Below are positions 13,782 through 25,883 of a DNA stretch of 64,000 nucleotides, piece after piece. This DNA is from Malacoraja senta (lineage: Eukaryota): NCBI GenBank assembly GCA_038087875.1, contig JAXLNO010000409.1:1-64000 (forward strand), written 5' to 3'. Position numbers and translations under genes: made by a program. Positions within the stretch are counted from its first letter, which is position 1, and every line of letters begins with the position of its first letter. Below the pieces are notes generated by a model. The model searched no databases. It was given only the letters and a program-made list of their open reading frames with translations, and was not told where the DNA came from.

Positions 13782-13874
13782 CTGCTGTGCGGGTTTTATA
13801 GATCCAGATAGGAACGAGGATGAGTAAGACGACGAGGATCATCGAGAGGCCGATCGCTGTGATGTCACACCAGG
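13782..13874 (-). CDS. Transmembrane exon of gene B
   Basis: Acceptor tttctcattcactAG, donor CAG|GTGAGG, phase 1/1. Encodes AWCDITAIGLSMILVVLLILVPIWIYKTRTAG. Confidence 0.85.
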
Positions 13875-15683
13875 CTAGTGAATGAGAAATGTTACTCAGT
13901 GAAATGATGATGATGACGGTTTATTGTCACCTGTACCAGGTGCGGTGACATTCTATGTTTCTGCACACAAAGTGCCCAAACAAGACGCCACAAAGGAGCC
14001 GACAAATTTACTAAAAGTACTCATCCCCCCCCCCCCCAGCCGGGTCTCCCTCTCTTCCCAGTGCCACCGGCCGAGTCCCCCTGTTCTGGACCCCCCCCCC
14101 CCACTTCATGTCCCCCTTATTCCCTGTTTTGCATTCCAATCTTGCTCTGCAGGAACTTACTGCCCGGCGCTTGACAAGGGTCTCAAGCGAATACTTTATC
14201 AAAAGAGGTCAGCACCAGTCTAAGGAGCTAACATAAAGTTTTAAACCAAACTCGCAAAGCCTGGTGCTGGATCCCAGATGAGCCGATATTACTGAACAGG
14301 CATCACCCACTCCAGTGATACTGTAAAACCGAAGGATGCCATGTCACCGACCTAAGGACACAGCTTTAAATTTACAGGAGCAAAGATTAAAGGTGATGTA
14401 GGTGGGGTAAATGTTTTATGCAGGTGATAGCAACATAGAAACATAGAAAATAGGTGCAGGAGTAGGCCATTCGGCCCTTCGAGCCTGCACCGCCATTCAA
14501 TATGATCATGGCTGATCATCCAACTCAGTATCCCGTACCTGCCTTCTCTCCATACCCCCTGATCCCTTTAGCCAAAAGGGCCACATCTAACTCCCTCTAA
14601 AATATAGCCAATGAACTGGCCTCAACTACCTTCTGTGGCAGAGAATTCCACAGATTCACCACTCTCTGTGTGAAAAATGTTTGTTCTCATCTCGGTCCTA
14701 AAGACTTCCCCCTTATCCTTAAACTGTGCCCCCCTTGTTCTGGACTTCCCCAACATCGGGAACAATCTTCCTGCATCTAGCCTGTCCAACCTCTTAAGAA
14801 TTTTGTACGTTTCTATAAGATCCCCCCTCAATCTGCTAAATTCTGATGTTGGGGGGCTGGAACGCGCTGCCAGAGGAAGTGGCAGGGGACAGATACGACA
14901 GTGGCCTTTAAGGTGCATTTACACAGGAACGTGAAGATGCCGGGAATGGAGGGATACCGATCACCCGCAGGCAGAGGGGATTAATTGTACGGTCGTCGGC
15001 ATCACGGTCGTCATGAACATGGTGGGCGGAAGGGCCTGTTCATGTGCTGCACTGTTGTGTGTTTTATGTTTAATAAAAGATCAGAAAATCGTGGCAACGT
15101 TTTAACTGACCAAAGGATGTCAGAGCGACGCGGCACATTCAGCGGGTTCTTTAATTGGATTTGCCAATCAGTTTAGTTTAGATTAGTTTAGACATACGGC
15201 GTGGAAACAGGCCTTTCGGCCCACCGAGTCCGCGTCGACCAACGACCGCGGGTACATTAGTTGTTTTAAACACCAATTCCAATTCCAATTCCAATTCAAT
15301 TTATTTGTCTTTTGAGGGACAAATTTGTCATTTGGACCCCTTGAGGTCCAAACGAAATGTCGTTTCTGCAGCCATACAATACAAAACAAAGAAGACCCGA
15401 GACACAACACAATTTACACATACATCCATCACAACGCTGTGATGGAAGGCAAAAATAACGTATCTCTCCACTGCACTCCCCCCCCCCCCGATGTCAGAGT
15501 CAAAGTCAAAGCCCCCGGCGGGCGATGGTGATTGTCCCGCAGCCATTAAAGCCACGCCGGGTGATGCAAGGTCGCGCACCGGGTCTTGGTGTTAGAGCCA
15601 AGGACAATTTAGGGAAGCCAATTAACCCACAAAGTTGCACGTCTGTGATTGAATCGTGAGCTACGATTGAATGGCGGAGTAGA

Positions 15684-16290
15684 CATAGAAACATAGAAAA
15701 TAGGTGCAGGATGAGGCCATTCGGCCCTTCGAGCCAGCACCGCCATTCATTGTGATCACGGCTGATTGTCCCCTATCAATAACCCGTGCCTGCCTTCTCC
15801 CCATATCCACTAGGCCCTAGAGCTCTATCTAACTCCTCTCTTAAATCCATCCAGTGACTTGGCCTCCACTGCCCTCTGTGGCAGGGAATTCCATAAATTC
15901 ACAACTCTCTGGGTGGAAACGTTTTTTCTCACCTCAGTCTTAAATGGCCTCCCCTTTATTCTAAGACTGCGGGGCCCCTGGTTCTGGACTCGCCCAACAT
16001 TGGGAACATTTTTCCTGCATCTAGCTTGTCCAGTCCTTTTTATAATTTTATATGTTTCAATAAGATCCCCCCTCATCCTTCTAAACTCCAGAGTGTACAA
16101 GCCCAGCCGCTCCATTCTCTCAGCATATGACAGTTCCGCCATCCCGGGAATTAACCTGGTGAACCTACGCTGGGCTCCCTCAATAGCAAGAATGTCCTTC
16201 CTCAAATTAGGGGACCCAAACTGCACACAATACTCCAGGTGTGGTGTCACTAGGGCTCTGTACAACTGCAGAAGGACCTCTTTGCTCCTT
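15684..16290 (-). mobile_element. CR1-type LINE 3' fragment
   Basis: ORF 15825..16265, same RT C-terminus. Confidence 0.9.
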
Positions 16291-16530
16291 TGCTCCTAGA
16301 TCTTCTGAGCTGATGAACTTGCTGGGTTTGATAGTATTGGGGATGGAGAGAAGGGCGGTGGGAACATCTTCACCCCGTGGACTTCATCAGTTTAAGAAGC
16401 ATGTTAATTTTCAATGCCCCAAAGTGCGACTCGTATAAATCCCGACAAAATGCACAGGTCCACATAAATACTGCGCGGCAGATGACAACGCAGATGAACA
16501 TAATCTGACGTGTGCGGTGCACCAACTCAC

Positions 16531-16851
16531 CATGGTCTGGGGTGGGGATGGGACGGGGCACGCTCTTGGTCCGGGTCTTGTCCGCGCCCCCCAGTTGCAC
16601 AATGCAAGTACAGATCTCCCCGCTCCACCAGACTCCAGGCGGGACCAACACTTGACTTCTAACGCTGTAGCTCTGATCCGGCTCAATCCTGCCCGAGTCA
16701 CTCCGTCCTTCCGTCAGCTGTCCCGAAATGTTCCAGTAAATGACAACCATGTTGGAGGAAAGGCCGCTCACCTGACACACCAGGGGGACCGAGTCGTTTG
16801 TCTCAAACTGCGGCACAAACACCAGCAGACTGGTCTCGTCAGTGGAGCTGT
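16531..16851 (-). CDS. Ig C1-set domain exon of gene B
   Basis: AG/GTGAGT, phase 1/1. Encodes DSSTDETSLLVFVPQFETNDSVPLVCQVSGLSSNMVVIYWNISG...YSVRSQVLVPPGVWWSGEICTCIV...PDH (ORF 16370..16822). Confidence 0.92.
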
Positions 16852-16934
16852 CTGGGAGGAGATTGGGACACAGTTAACGCGGGGTTCGGCGACAGTGCAA
16901 GTCTGTGCATAGTTCCATCGTCGCCTGTTCTTAC

Positions 16935-17261
16935 CTCCGACCAGAAGCGTGAGTCCTCTCGAGAACTCTGCATTGCTCTCGTGTCCAGAGCAGTAATAGA
17001 ATCCCGAGTCCTCAACCTGGGCGTCCCGGATTTCCAGAGTGGACGTGTTATCCCCGCGACCTTTTTTTAAAGTCGCCCTGCAGCCGGTCTGTGTGCAGTC
17101 GGCGGTCTTGATTGCTGTCGGAGCCTCGTCCGCCCGCTGCTTGTACCAGAGTACGTGGGCCGCGACCTCCACTTTGTACGCAGTCTCGCAGGACAGTTCA
17201 ACCGTCTGACCGACATCAGCAGTCACAACATCCCGGCCTCCCGACTGAAAAGGCCCGAATC
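16935..17261 (-). CDS. Ig V-set domain exon with germline-joined J-like G strand, gene B
   Basis: AG/GTAAG, phase 1/1. Contains VELSC...LWYKQ...STLEIRDAQVEDSGFYYC followed in the same exon by SGHESNAEFSRGLTLLVG. Confidence 0.93.
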
Positions 17262-17290
17262 CTGCAACTGGAAACATATCCATCAAATTG

Positions 17291-17772
17291 AAACATAGAA
17301 ACATAGAAAACATAGAAAACAGGTGCAGGAGTAGGCCATTCGGCCCTTCGAGCCTGCACCGCCATTCAATATGATCATGGCTGATCATCCAACTCAGTAT
17401 CCTGTACCTGCCTTCTCTCCATACCCTCTGATCCCTTTAGCCCCAAGGGCCACATCTAACTCCCTCTTAAATATAGCCAATCAACTGGTTTCAACTACTT
17501 TCTGTGGCAGAGAGTTCCAGAGATTCACCACTCTCTGTGTGAAATGTTTTTTTCTCATCTCGGTAAAAAAGGATTTCCCCTTTATCATTAAACTGTGACC
17601 CCTTGTCCTCGACTTCCCCAACATCGGGAACAATCTTCCTACATCTAGCCTGTCCGACCCCTTAAGAATTTTGTAAGTTTCTATAAGATCCCCCCTCAAT
17701 CTTCTAAATTCTAGCGAGTGCAAGCCGAGTCTATCCAGTCTTTCTTCATATGAAAGTCCTGCCATCCCAGGA
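17291..17772 (-). mobile_element. CR1-type LINE 3' fragment in the leader-V intron of gene B
   Basis: ORF 17481..17765 and (TTTCTATG)n tail. Confidence 0.88.
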
Positions 17773-18547
17773 AATTACAGTTATCTGTTATGTGACGGTA
17801 GGAACTCGGACAGAAACGCGATGCCAGTAATTTAAGAAATTTGGAGTAATTGGAGGTCGCATTTGTTGTTTCAGAATTCTTTACAATAATCTACTTTAAC
17901 GCGATCAAATTGGAAAAAACAGAAGGCAGTTGAGGCAAAAAGGATTCAAAATGCTGGAGTAACTCAGCGGGTCAGGCAGCATCTGTGGGGAACATGGATA
18001 GGTGACGTTTCACAGAGTGCTGGAGTAACTCAGCGGGTCAGGCAGCATCTGTGGAGAACGTGGATAGGTGACATTTCGTGTCGGGACACTTCATCTTTTT
18101 GGAAACCAGTAAAAACAGTTAATTATGTCCACGTAATGGAAAGAGTAAAAATCTATCGATATAGATATTATCGCGGATATATATATCTGAAGGCCTCGAC
18201 CCGAAACTTCACCCATTCCTTCTCTCCAGAGATGCTGCCTGTCCCGCTGAGTTACTCCAGCATTTTATGTCTACCATATATCTATATGGATAATAGATAC
18301 ACTTACATATACAATACAATTTGATTGTATTAAGTAGGGTTGATTTCCCCACTGGGATGGGGCCCTGGACGCGGAGAGTTGGGAAGGGGGGATGTTGGTG
18401 ACCAACCCCACGTTGTTAGCATCAACCCCAGGCTTTCTGACCAACAACCAACATTCCCTCTGGCCGGGCCACCCACATTGACAAGTGCGATTCTCCGGGA
18501 ACTTCCTCCTCATCCCATGGAAACGTCCCCAACCCTGACTCACTCAC

Positions 18548-18596
18548 CGCACACCTGGAACATCTGTACAACGAAGACCAGAGGCACAGCGTCCAT
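18548..18596 (-). CDS. Leader (signal peptide) exon of gene B
   Basis: MDAVPLVFVVQMFQVC-G, 49 coding nt ending at a perfect phase-1 GTGAGT donor, typical of IgSF leader exons. Confidence 0.75.
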
Positions 18597-18954
18597 GGAG
18601 ATGTGGTCGGCTGGCACTGCGCTCCCGGCCAAGGTGTCCGACTGAGGTGAGTTGAGTATCGTTGGTTGAGCCTCTGGCCGATGCTCGGTGCCAACTACCG
18701 GGGGCGGGGCCGCCGGGTCCCGGGACCACTTGGGGAAAGATTGACGGGGGATAAAGAAGATGTCAGGCGGAGATCGTGGCCATGTGTTCATCCCTGTAGG
18801 CAGAGAAGGAGGGTCAGTTTAAAGGACACATCCGCCTGGTGACCCTGCCCGATGCGGGGCAGCTCAGGCGAGGCAGCTCTCACCTTACTGGAGAGGTCCT
18901 GGTTGATTACTGCGCAAACACCTCATCAGTGGTTCTCTGGCGCGGGTCGGAGTC

Positions 18955-19811
18955 CAGGGCTTGGACACGCTAGAGGCAGGCAACATGTTCCCGATGTTGG
19001 GGGAGTCCAGAACCAGGGGCCACAGTTTAAGAATAAGGAGTAAGCCATTTAGAACGGAGACGAGGAAACACTTTTTCTCACAGAGAGTGGTGAGTGTGGA
19101 AATCTCTGCCTCAGAGGGTGGTGGAGGCAGGTTCTCTGGATGCTTTCAAGAGAGAGCTAGATAGGGCTCTTAAAATAGCGGAGTCAGGGGATAGCAAGAC
19201 AGCACCGCCATTCAATGTGATCATGGCTGATCATCCCCAATCAGTACCCCGTTCCTGCCTTCTCCCCATATCCCCTGACTCCGCTATTTTTAAGAGCCCT
19301 ATCTAGCTCTCTCTTGAAAGCATCCAGGGAACCCGCCTCCACCGCCCTCTGAGGCAGAGAATTCCACAGACTCACCACTCTCTGTGAGAAAAAGTGTTTC
19401 CTCGTCTCCGTTCTAAATGGCTTACTCCTTATTCTTAAACTGTGGCCCCTGGTTCTGGACTCCCCCAACATCGGGAACATGTTTCCTGCCTCTACCATGT
19501 CCAAACCTTTAACAATCTTATATGTTTCAGTGAGATACCCTCTCATCCTTCTAAACTCCAGAGTGTACAAGCCCAGCCGCTCCATTCTCTCAGCCTATGA
19601 CAGTCCCGCCATCCCGGGAATTAACCTTGTAAATCTACGCTGCACCCCCTCAATAGCAAGAATGTCCTTCCTCAAATTAGGGGACCAAAACTGTACACAA
19701 TACTCCAGGTGTGGTCTCACTAGGGCTCTGTACAACTGCAGAAGGACCTCCTTGCTCCTATATTCGATTCCTCTTGTTTTAAAGGCCAACATGCCATTCG
19801 CTTTCTTCACT
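18955..19811. mobile_element. Two CR1 3' fragments in opposite orientation
   Basis: Plus copy about 18955-19190, minus copy about 19200-19811. Confidence 0.85.
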
Positions 19812-20504
19812 CCAAAGACGTGCAGGTTTGTAGGTTAATTGGCTTGGTATAAATATAAAATTGTCCCTCGTGTGTGTAGGATAGTGTTAGTGTGCGGGGA
19901 TGGCTTGCCGGTGCCGTCTCGGTGGGCCGAAGGGCCTGTTTCCGCGCTGTATCTACAAACTAAACAAAATATCAGGGCAGGTTGTTGATCTCTCGTTATA
20001 GATGGTTGGCGCTCTGGGCCTACGCGCCTGCGGCGTTGCTTTGTAAGTATTAGTCCAGGTCAGCATGTCGGCCCACACCTAGGCGATGTTGATATACTTA
20101 GTTGGCATGTGGCCATCTGCGAGAGACGATGGTGCAGCTTTGTGCAGCTAAGATAGACACAAAATGCTGGAGTAACTCAGCGGGACAGGCAACATCTCTG
20201 AGAGAAGGAATGGGTGATATTTCGGGTCGAGACCCTTCTACAGATGTTGTCCAGTTTGGGGAGGGGAATCTGTGGCTGACGAGGCCCACCGTTGACAGGT
20301 AGACCCGCTCACAGCTTCCACGGGAGAAGTTGTCCGTGGACGTTGGATTGGGATGTGCGTTGCTGTTTTTTTCCTTACTCATTTAGTGGCGTTGGCGCCT
20401 GGCCTCCAGGAACCTTGATGAACGAGCAAACAGGATGTAATAGAGGACTCTGTAAATGAGGTTAATTCGCACATATGAGCTCGCCGTTCAGTTGAACCCA
20501 TCCT

Positions 20505-21281
20505 ATGGTGTATCTAAATGGTGGCCGATTAGGAAATGGGGAGATGCAGCGAGACCTGGGTGTCATGGTACACCAGCCATTGAAAGTAGGCATGCAGGTG
20601 CAGCAGGCAGTGAAGAAAGCGAATGGTATGTTAGCTTTCATAGCAAAAGGATTTGAGTATAGGAGCATGGACGTTCTACTGCAGTTGTACAGGGTCTTGG
20701 TGAGACCACACCTGGAGTATTGCGTACAGTTTTGGTCTCCAAATCTGAGGAAGGACATTATAGCCATAGAGGGAGTGCAGAGAAGGTTCACCAGACTGAT
20801 TCCTGGGATGTCAGGACTTTCATATGAAGAAAGACTGGATAGACTTGGCTTATACTCGCTAGAATTTAGGAGATTGAGAGGGGATCTTATAGAAACGTAC
20901 AAAATTCTTATGGGGTTGGACAGGCTAGATGCAGGAAGATTGTTCCCGATGTTGGGGAAGTCCAGGACAAGGGGTCACAGCTTAAGGATAAGGGGGAAGT
21001 CCTTTAAGACCGAGATGAGGAAAAACTTTTTCACACAGAGAGTGGTGAATCTCTGGAACTCTCTGCCACAGAGGGTAGTTGTGGCCAGTTCATTGGCTAT
21101 ATTTAAGAAGGAGTTAGATGTGGCCCTTGTGGCTAAGGGGATCAGGGGGTATGGAGAGAAGGCAGGTACGGGATACTGAGTTGGATGATCAGCCATGATC
21201 ATATTGAATGGCGGTGCAGGCTCGAAGGGCCGAATGGCCTACTCCTGCACCTATTTTCCATGTATCTATGTATCTATGTAT
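20505..21281 (+). mobile_element. CR1-type LINE 3' fragment
   Basis: RT C-terminal ORF (LYRVLVRPHLEYCVQFWSP...WNSLP), 3' hairpin and (TCTATGTA)n tail. Confidence 0.92.
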
Positions 21282-21699
21282 CCTGGTCGTTGCAGTGAGC
21301 CCAGCGCGCACCCGCCGTGGTCTAACGGGTTGACCTTTGGGCAGGAGCAAAGAGCGTAAACAGGAAACCCACACAGGCCTAGCTCGATCACTTTTGCCAC
21401 CTCAAGCGACAATCTTGATGAGATAGTGGGTCGACGATTGTTGCATCAGTGAACGTGTCTTGAAGTCTCTGAATGTGTGAAAAGTCAAACCGATGCAAAT
21501 CTCTGAATGTGGGTCAGGTCGTGTGTGAGTTTAGCCCCAGTTGTCAATGTCTGCGGCAGCCACTCCCTCTGCAGCCACCGCGCCCCCTGGTCCCAATCCT
21601 CTCGGCAACTGGGGCGAATTAGTTCGCTTGGTATTGAAAGTTAAACCTGTCTCCATCAGAACCTGGATCAGGTACAAGATGCTTATTTCAGCAGCATCT

Positions 21700-22424
21700 C
21701 AGTATAGGCAAAACGCTGGGGTAATTCAGCAGGGCAGGCAGCATCTCCAGAGAGAAGGAATTGGGTGACGTTTCGGGTCGAGACCCTTCTTCAGACTGAC
21801 GTCGGGGAGGAGGGAAATCGATAGATAAGGAAGTGTGAAGGTGTGAAAACAGGGCAAAGGGAATGCAGATCAAGTTTGTTAGCTGGGAGAAGGTAACAAC
21901 AAAACAAACAGATAAAATGCAGTCGAAGTCAGTAAGACTGGTCGGAGAACTGGGAAGGGAGAGAGACGGAGAGAGAGAGGGAAAGCAAGGGTTATTTGAA
22001 GTTAGAGAAGTCAATGTTCATACCGCTGCCCAAACTAAATATGAGGTGCTGTTCCTCCAATGTGCGCTGGGCCTCACTCTGACAATGGAGGAGGCCCAGG
22101 ACAGAAAGGTCAGTGTGGGAATGGGAGGGGGAGTTAAAGTGTTGACCAACCGGGAGCTCAGGTAGGTTCAGGCGGACTGAGCGGTGGTGTTCAGCGAAAC
22201 GATCGCCGAGCCTGCGCTTGGTCACACCGATATACAGGAGTCCGTACCTGGAACGGCGCGTACAGTAGATGAGGTTGGAGGAGGTGCAAGTGAAACTCTG
22301 CCTCACGTGAAAAGACTGTTGGGGACCTTGGATGGAGTCGAGCGGGAGGAGGTATAGGGACAGGTGTTGCATCTCCTGCAGTTGCAGGGGAAAGTACCTG
22401 GGGAGGGGGTGGTTTGGGTGGGAA
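21700..22424 (-). mobile_element. Penelope-like retroelement 3' fragment (GIY-YIG endonuclease)
   Basis: FTCTSSNLIYC...LLYIGVTKRRLGDRFAEH...VGQHFN followed by a terminal region with a hammerhead motif. Confidence 0.85.
21764..21797 (-). ncRNA. Minimal hammerhead ribozyme motif (representative of many copies)
   Basis: AGT-CTGAAGA-A-GGGT(CTCG)ACCC-GAAAC-GTC-ACC: CUGANGA core, stem II, GAAA, palindromic helix III and GUC site. Confidence 0.7.
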
Positions 22425-23010
22425 CTTCTTTGTCACCCTCACTATTCGACATTTTCCTTGAGCTTCCTCCCCTTTGATGTCTCGATTTCACACCTTACCG
22501 TTCCATATTTATCGGTTCCCTCTTCCCCGACTCTCAGTCTGAAGACGGGTCTCGACAAGATACGTCCCCCATTCCTTCTGACCCGAGATGCTGCCTGTCC
22601 CGCTGAGTTACACAAGCATTTTGTGTCTGTCCCAAATGTCAACCTGATGAATCTTCTCTGCATCGCCTCGAAATGCGTATATATCCATAAATTTAGAGGC
22701 CAAAACTCCAGACACTACAACTTAATTTAATATTACCACCCTTTGTACCCCATATCCTTTGCCATTCAGAAGAAGGGTCTCGACCCGAAACGTCACCCAT
22801 TCCTTCCCTCTAGAGATGTTGCCTGTCCCGCTGAGTTACTCAAGCATTTTGTGTCTATCTTCGGTTTAAGCCAGCATCTGCAGTTCCTTCCTACACAATT
22901 CATTCACATCCCTATTTACTGGCAGTACCTCCACGCTTGGCCTTTATACTTTTCTCCCCAGATCTATTTGCACTTCATGTTTTTGTCCCACTCCATTGGA
23001 ATAACAATTT

Positions 23011-23620
23011 GAAACATAGAAACAAGTGCAGGAGGAGGCCATTCGGCCCTTCGAGCCAGCACCGCCATTCATTGTGATCATGGCTGATCGTCCCTATCAA
23101 TAACCCGTGCCTGCCTTCTCCCCATATCCCTTGACTCCACTAGCCCCAAGAGCTCTATCTAACTCTCTCTTAAATCCATCCAGTGATTTGGCCTCCACTG
23201 CCCTCTGTGGCAGGGAATTCCATAAATTCACAACGCTCTGGGTGAAAAAGTTTTTTCTCACCTCAGTCTTAAATGACCTCCCCTTTATTCTGAGACTGTG
23301 GCCCCTGGTTCTGGACTCGTCCAACATTGGGAACATTTCTCCTGCATCTAGCTTGTCCAGTCCTTTTATAATTTTATATGTTTCTATAAGATCCCCCCTC
23401 ATACTTCTAAACTCCAGTGAATACAAGCCTGGTCTTTTCAATCTTTCCTCATATGACAGTCCCGCCATCCCAGGGATCAATCTCGTGAACCTACGCTGCA
23501 CTGCCTCAATCACAAGGATGGCCTTCCTCAAATTAGGAGACCAAAACTGCACACAATACTCCAGATGTGGTCTCACCAGAGCCCTATACAACTGCAGAAG
23601 AACCTCTTTACTCCTATACT
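23011..23620 (-). mobile_element. CR1-type LINE 3' fragment
   Basis: ORF 23097..23591. Confidence 0.9.
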
Positions 23621-25205
23621 GTTCATTCCTAGTTACTGTTCATTCTTTTATCTTCTCACAATAATCGCTGACTTGTCCATTCAATTAACCCAACAATGTG
23701 TCTTTGCGGATTTTGCTAAACTATCTAACTTTGTATCATCAGCAAATCAGGCTACAATAATTACAATCGGTCCCAACAGCAGGGACATGGGGACATGGAA
23801 TAAATACCAAATACAAACTTTATGAACTCGTCGGGAAAACGGTTTGTTAGGAAGATGAGCAAGTCACTCTTGCCTTGAATGACTGCTCATGTCCAAACGA
23901 GCATGTGTTGGTCATTTCAATTCTCTCATGGGTTAAGAAAAACATTTCTTTCCAAGTTATTAAAAAAAATTAAAAGGACAGAAAGTGCTGGAGTAACTCA
24001 GTGGCACGGGCAGCATCTCTGGAGAACGTTCTTATATTTAAACATATTTGTAAGGCCGAGATAGATAGATTCTTGATTAGTACGGGTGTCAGGGGTTATG
24101 GGGAAAATAGGGTCAGGAGGGCGAGATAGACCAGCTATGACTGAATGGCGGAGTAGACTTGGCATCGGTAAATGAAACACTTGCGCGCTGATTGGCCTAA
24201 TTCTGCTTCAATCACTTACGAACTTACCCGAGAACCAGGGGTCACAGTTTAAGATTATGGGGTCGGCCATTTAAGACTGAGACGAGGAAAAACGTTTTCA
24301 CCCCAGAGAGCTGTGAATTTGTGGAATTCTCTGTCACAGAAGGCAGTGGAGGCAAATTCACTGGATGTTTTCAAGAGTTAGATTGAGCTCTTAGGGCTAA
24401 CGGAATCAAGGGGTATGGGGAGAAAGCAGGAACGGGGTACTGATTTTGGATGATCAGCCATGACCACATTGAATGGCTCGAAGGGCCGAATGGCCAACTC
24501 CTGCACCGATTTTCTATGTTATGAACGTGGATAGTTGACGTGTCTGTCGGGTCCCTTCTTCAGATACGTTTCAAACACCCCGATTATCTTGTTAACTCTA
24601 ACGTTGCATGTACCTCCAATTGTTTTGGTAGTTTCATCATTTACGAAAGTTAATAAATTTGTTTTGGAATTGTTTGTGCTTATTCGAATTTTGTTTCATT
24701 ATTTTGTTTATTCGATAATTGCCTTCATTATTTTTTTTCTTTCTTTCCGGATTTGTACTATATGTTCGGACGCATTTGATTGACTCAGAAATTTCGACGA
24801 ATTTTAAAAAGACAGCCTGTTAATGTTTGAAGAAGGGTCTCGACTCGAAACGTCGCCCATTCCTTCTCTGCAGATGCTGCCTGTCCCGCTGAGTCACTCC
24901 AGCTTTTTGTGTCTATCAACGATGTTGATCCTGACTCCCGGTCTCCGCCTGATACCCTGCCCGGGAGAGCGAGGTCCCACGTCACCGCCATTGTCTGGGA
25001 CAAGTCTGATCTCCAGCGCGCAAGTGTTTCATTTACCGATGTCCCTCTGTCAGAGGCACCTCTAGGTTAAACCCAACCCGACCCGACATACCTCTCCTCG
25101 CGTCCGTCGCCGCTAGTGGCTCCCTCCTTGTCTCCGGGGACAGTGTTGGGTGGGACTGGGCTGTGTACAGACACATAGCCCATGATATAATGGAGATGAG
25201 TTATT

Positions 25206-25883
25206 TGTTTAAGAAGGAACTGCTGATGCTGGAAAATCGAAGGTAGACAAAAGTGCTGGAGAAACTCAGCGGGTGCAGCAGCTTCTACGGAGCGAAGGAA
25301 ATAGGCAACGTTTCCAGCCGAAACCCTTCATCAGACTGATGTAGGGTGGGGGAGGGGAGAAGAAAGGAAAAAGGAAGGAGCCCGAGGGTTGAGGGAGAGC
25401 TGAGAAGGGGAGACAGCAAGGGCTATCGGAAATTGGAGAATTCAATGTTTATGCCACTAGGGTGCAGACTGCCCAAGGCGGAATATGAGGTGCTGCTCCT
25501 CCAATTTCCGGTGGTACTCACTCGGGCCATGGAGGAGGCCCAGGACAGAGAGGTCGGATTCGGAATGGGAGGGGTAGTTGAAGTGCTGAGCCACCGGGAG
25601 ATCAGGTTGGTTAATGCGGACCGAGCGGAGGTGTTCAGCAAAACGATCGGCAAGCCTATGCTTGGTCTCACCGATGTAGATCAGCTGACATCTAGAGCAG
25701 CGGATGCAATAGATGAGGTTGGAGGAGATGCAGGTGAACCTCTGTCGCACCTGGAACGACTGCTTGGGTCCTTGAATGGAGTCGAGGGGGGAGGTGAAGC
25801 GACAAGTGTAGCATCTCTTGCGGTTGCAAGGGAAAGTACCCGGGGAGCGGGTGGTGCAGGAGGGAAGGGAAGAATTGACCAGG
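25206..25883 (-). mobile_element. Penelope-like retroelement 3' fragment (GIY-YIG endonuclease)
   Basis: NLIYCIRCSRC...YIGETKHRLADRFAEH...VAQHFN. Confidence 0.85.

Noticed and set aside
16531..17261. Rearranging TCR or Ig light chain locus
   Set aside because: V and J-like strand share one exon, no RSS or J cluster is visible, the TM is uncharged and the tail carries an ITIM.
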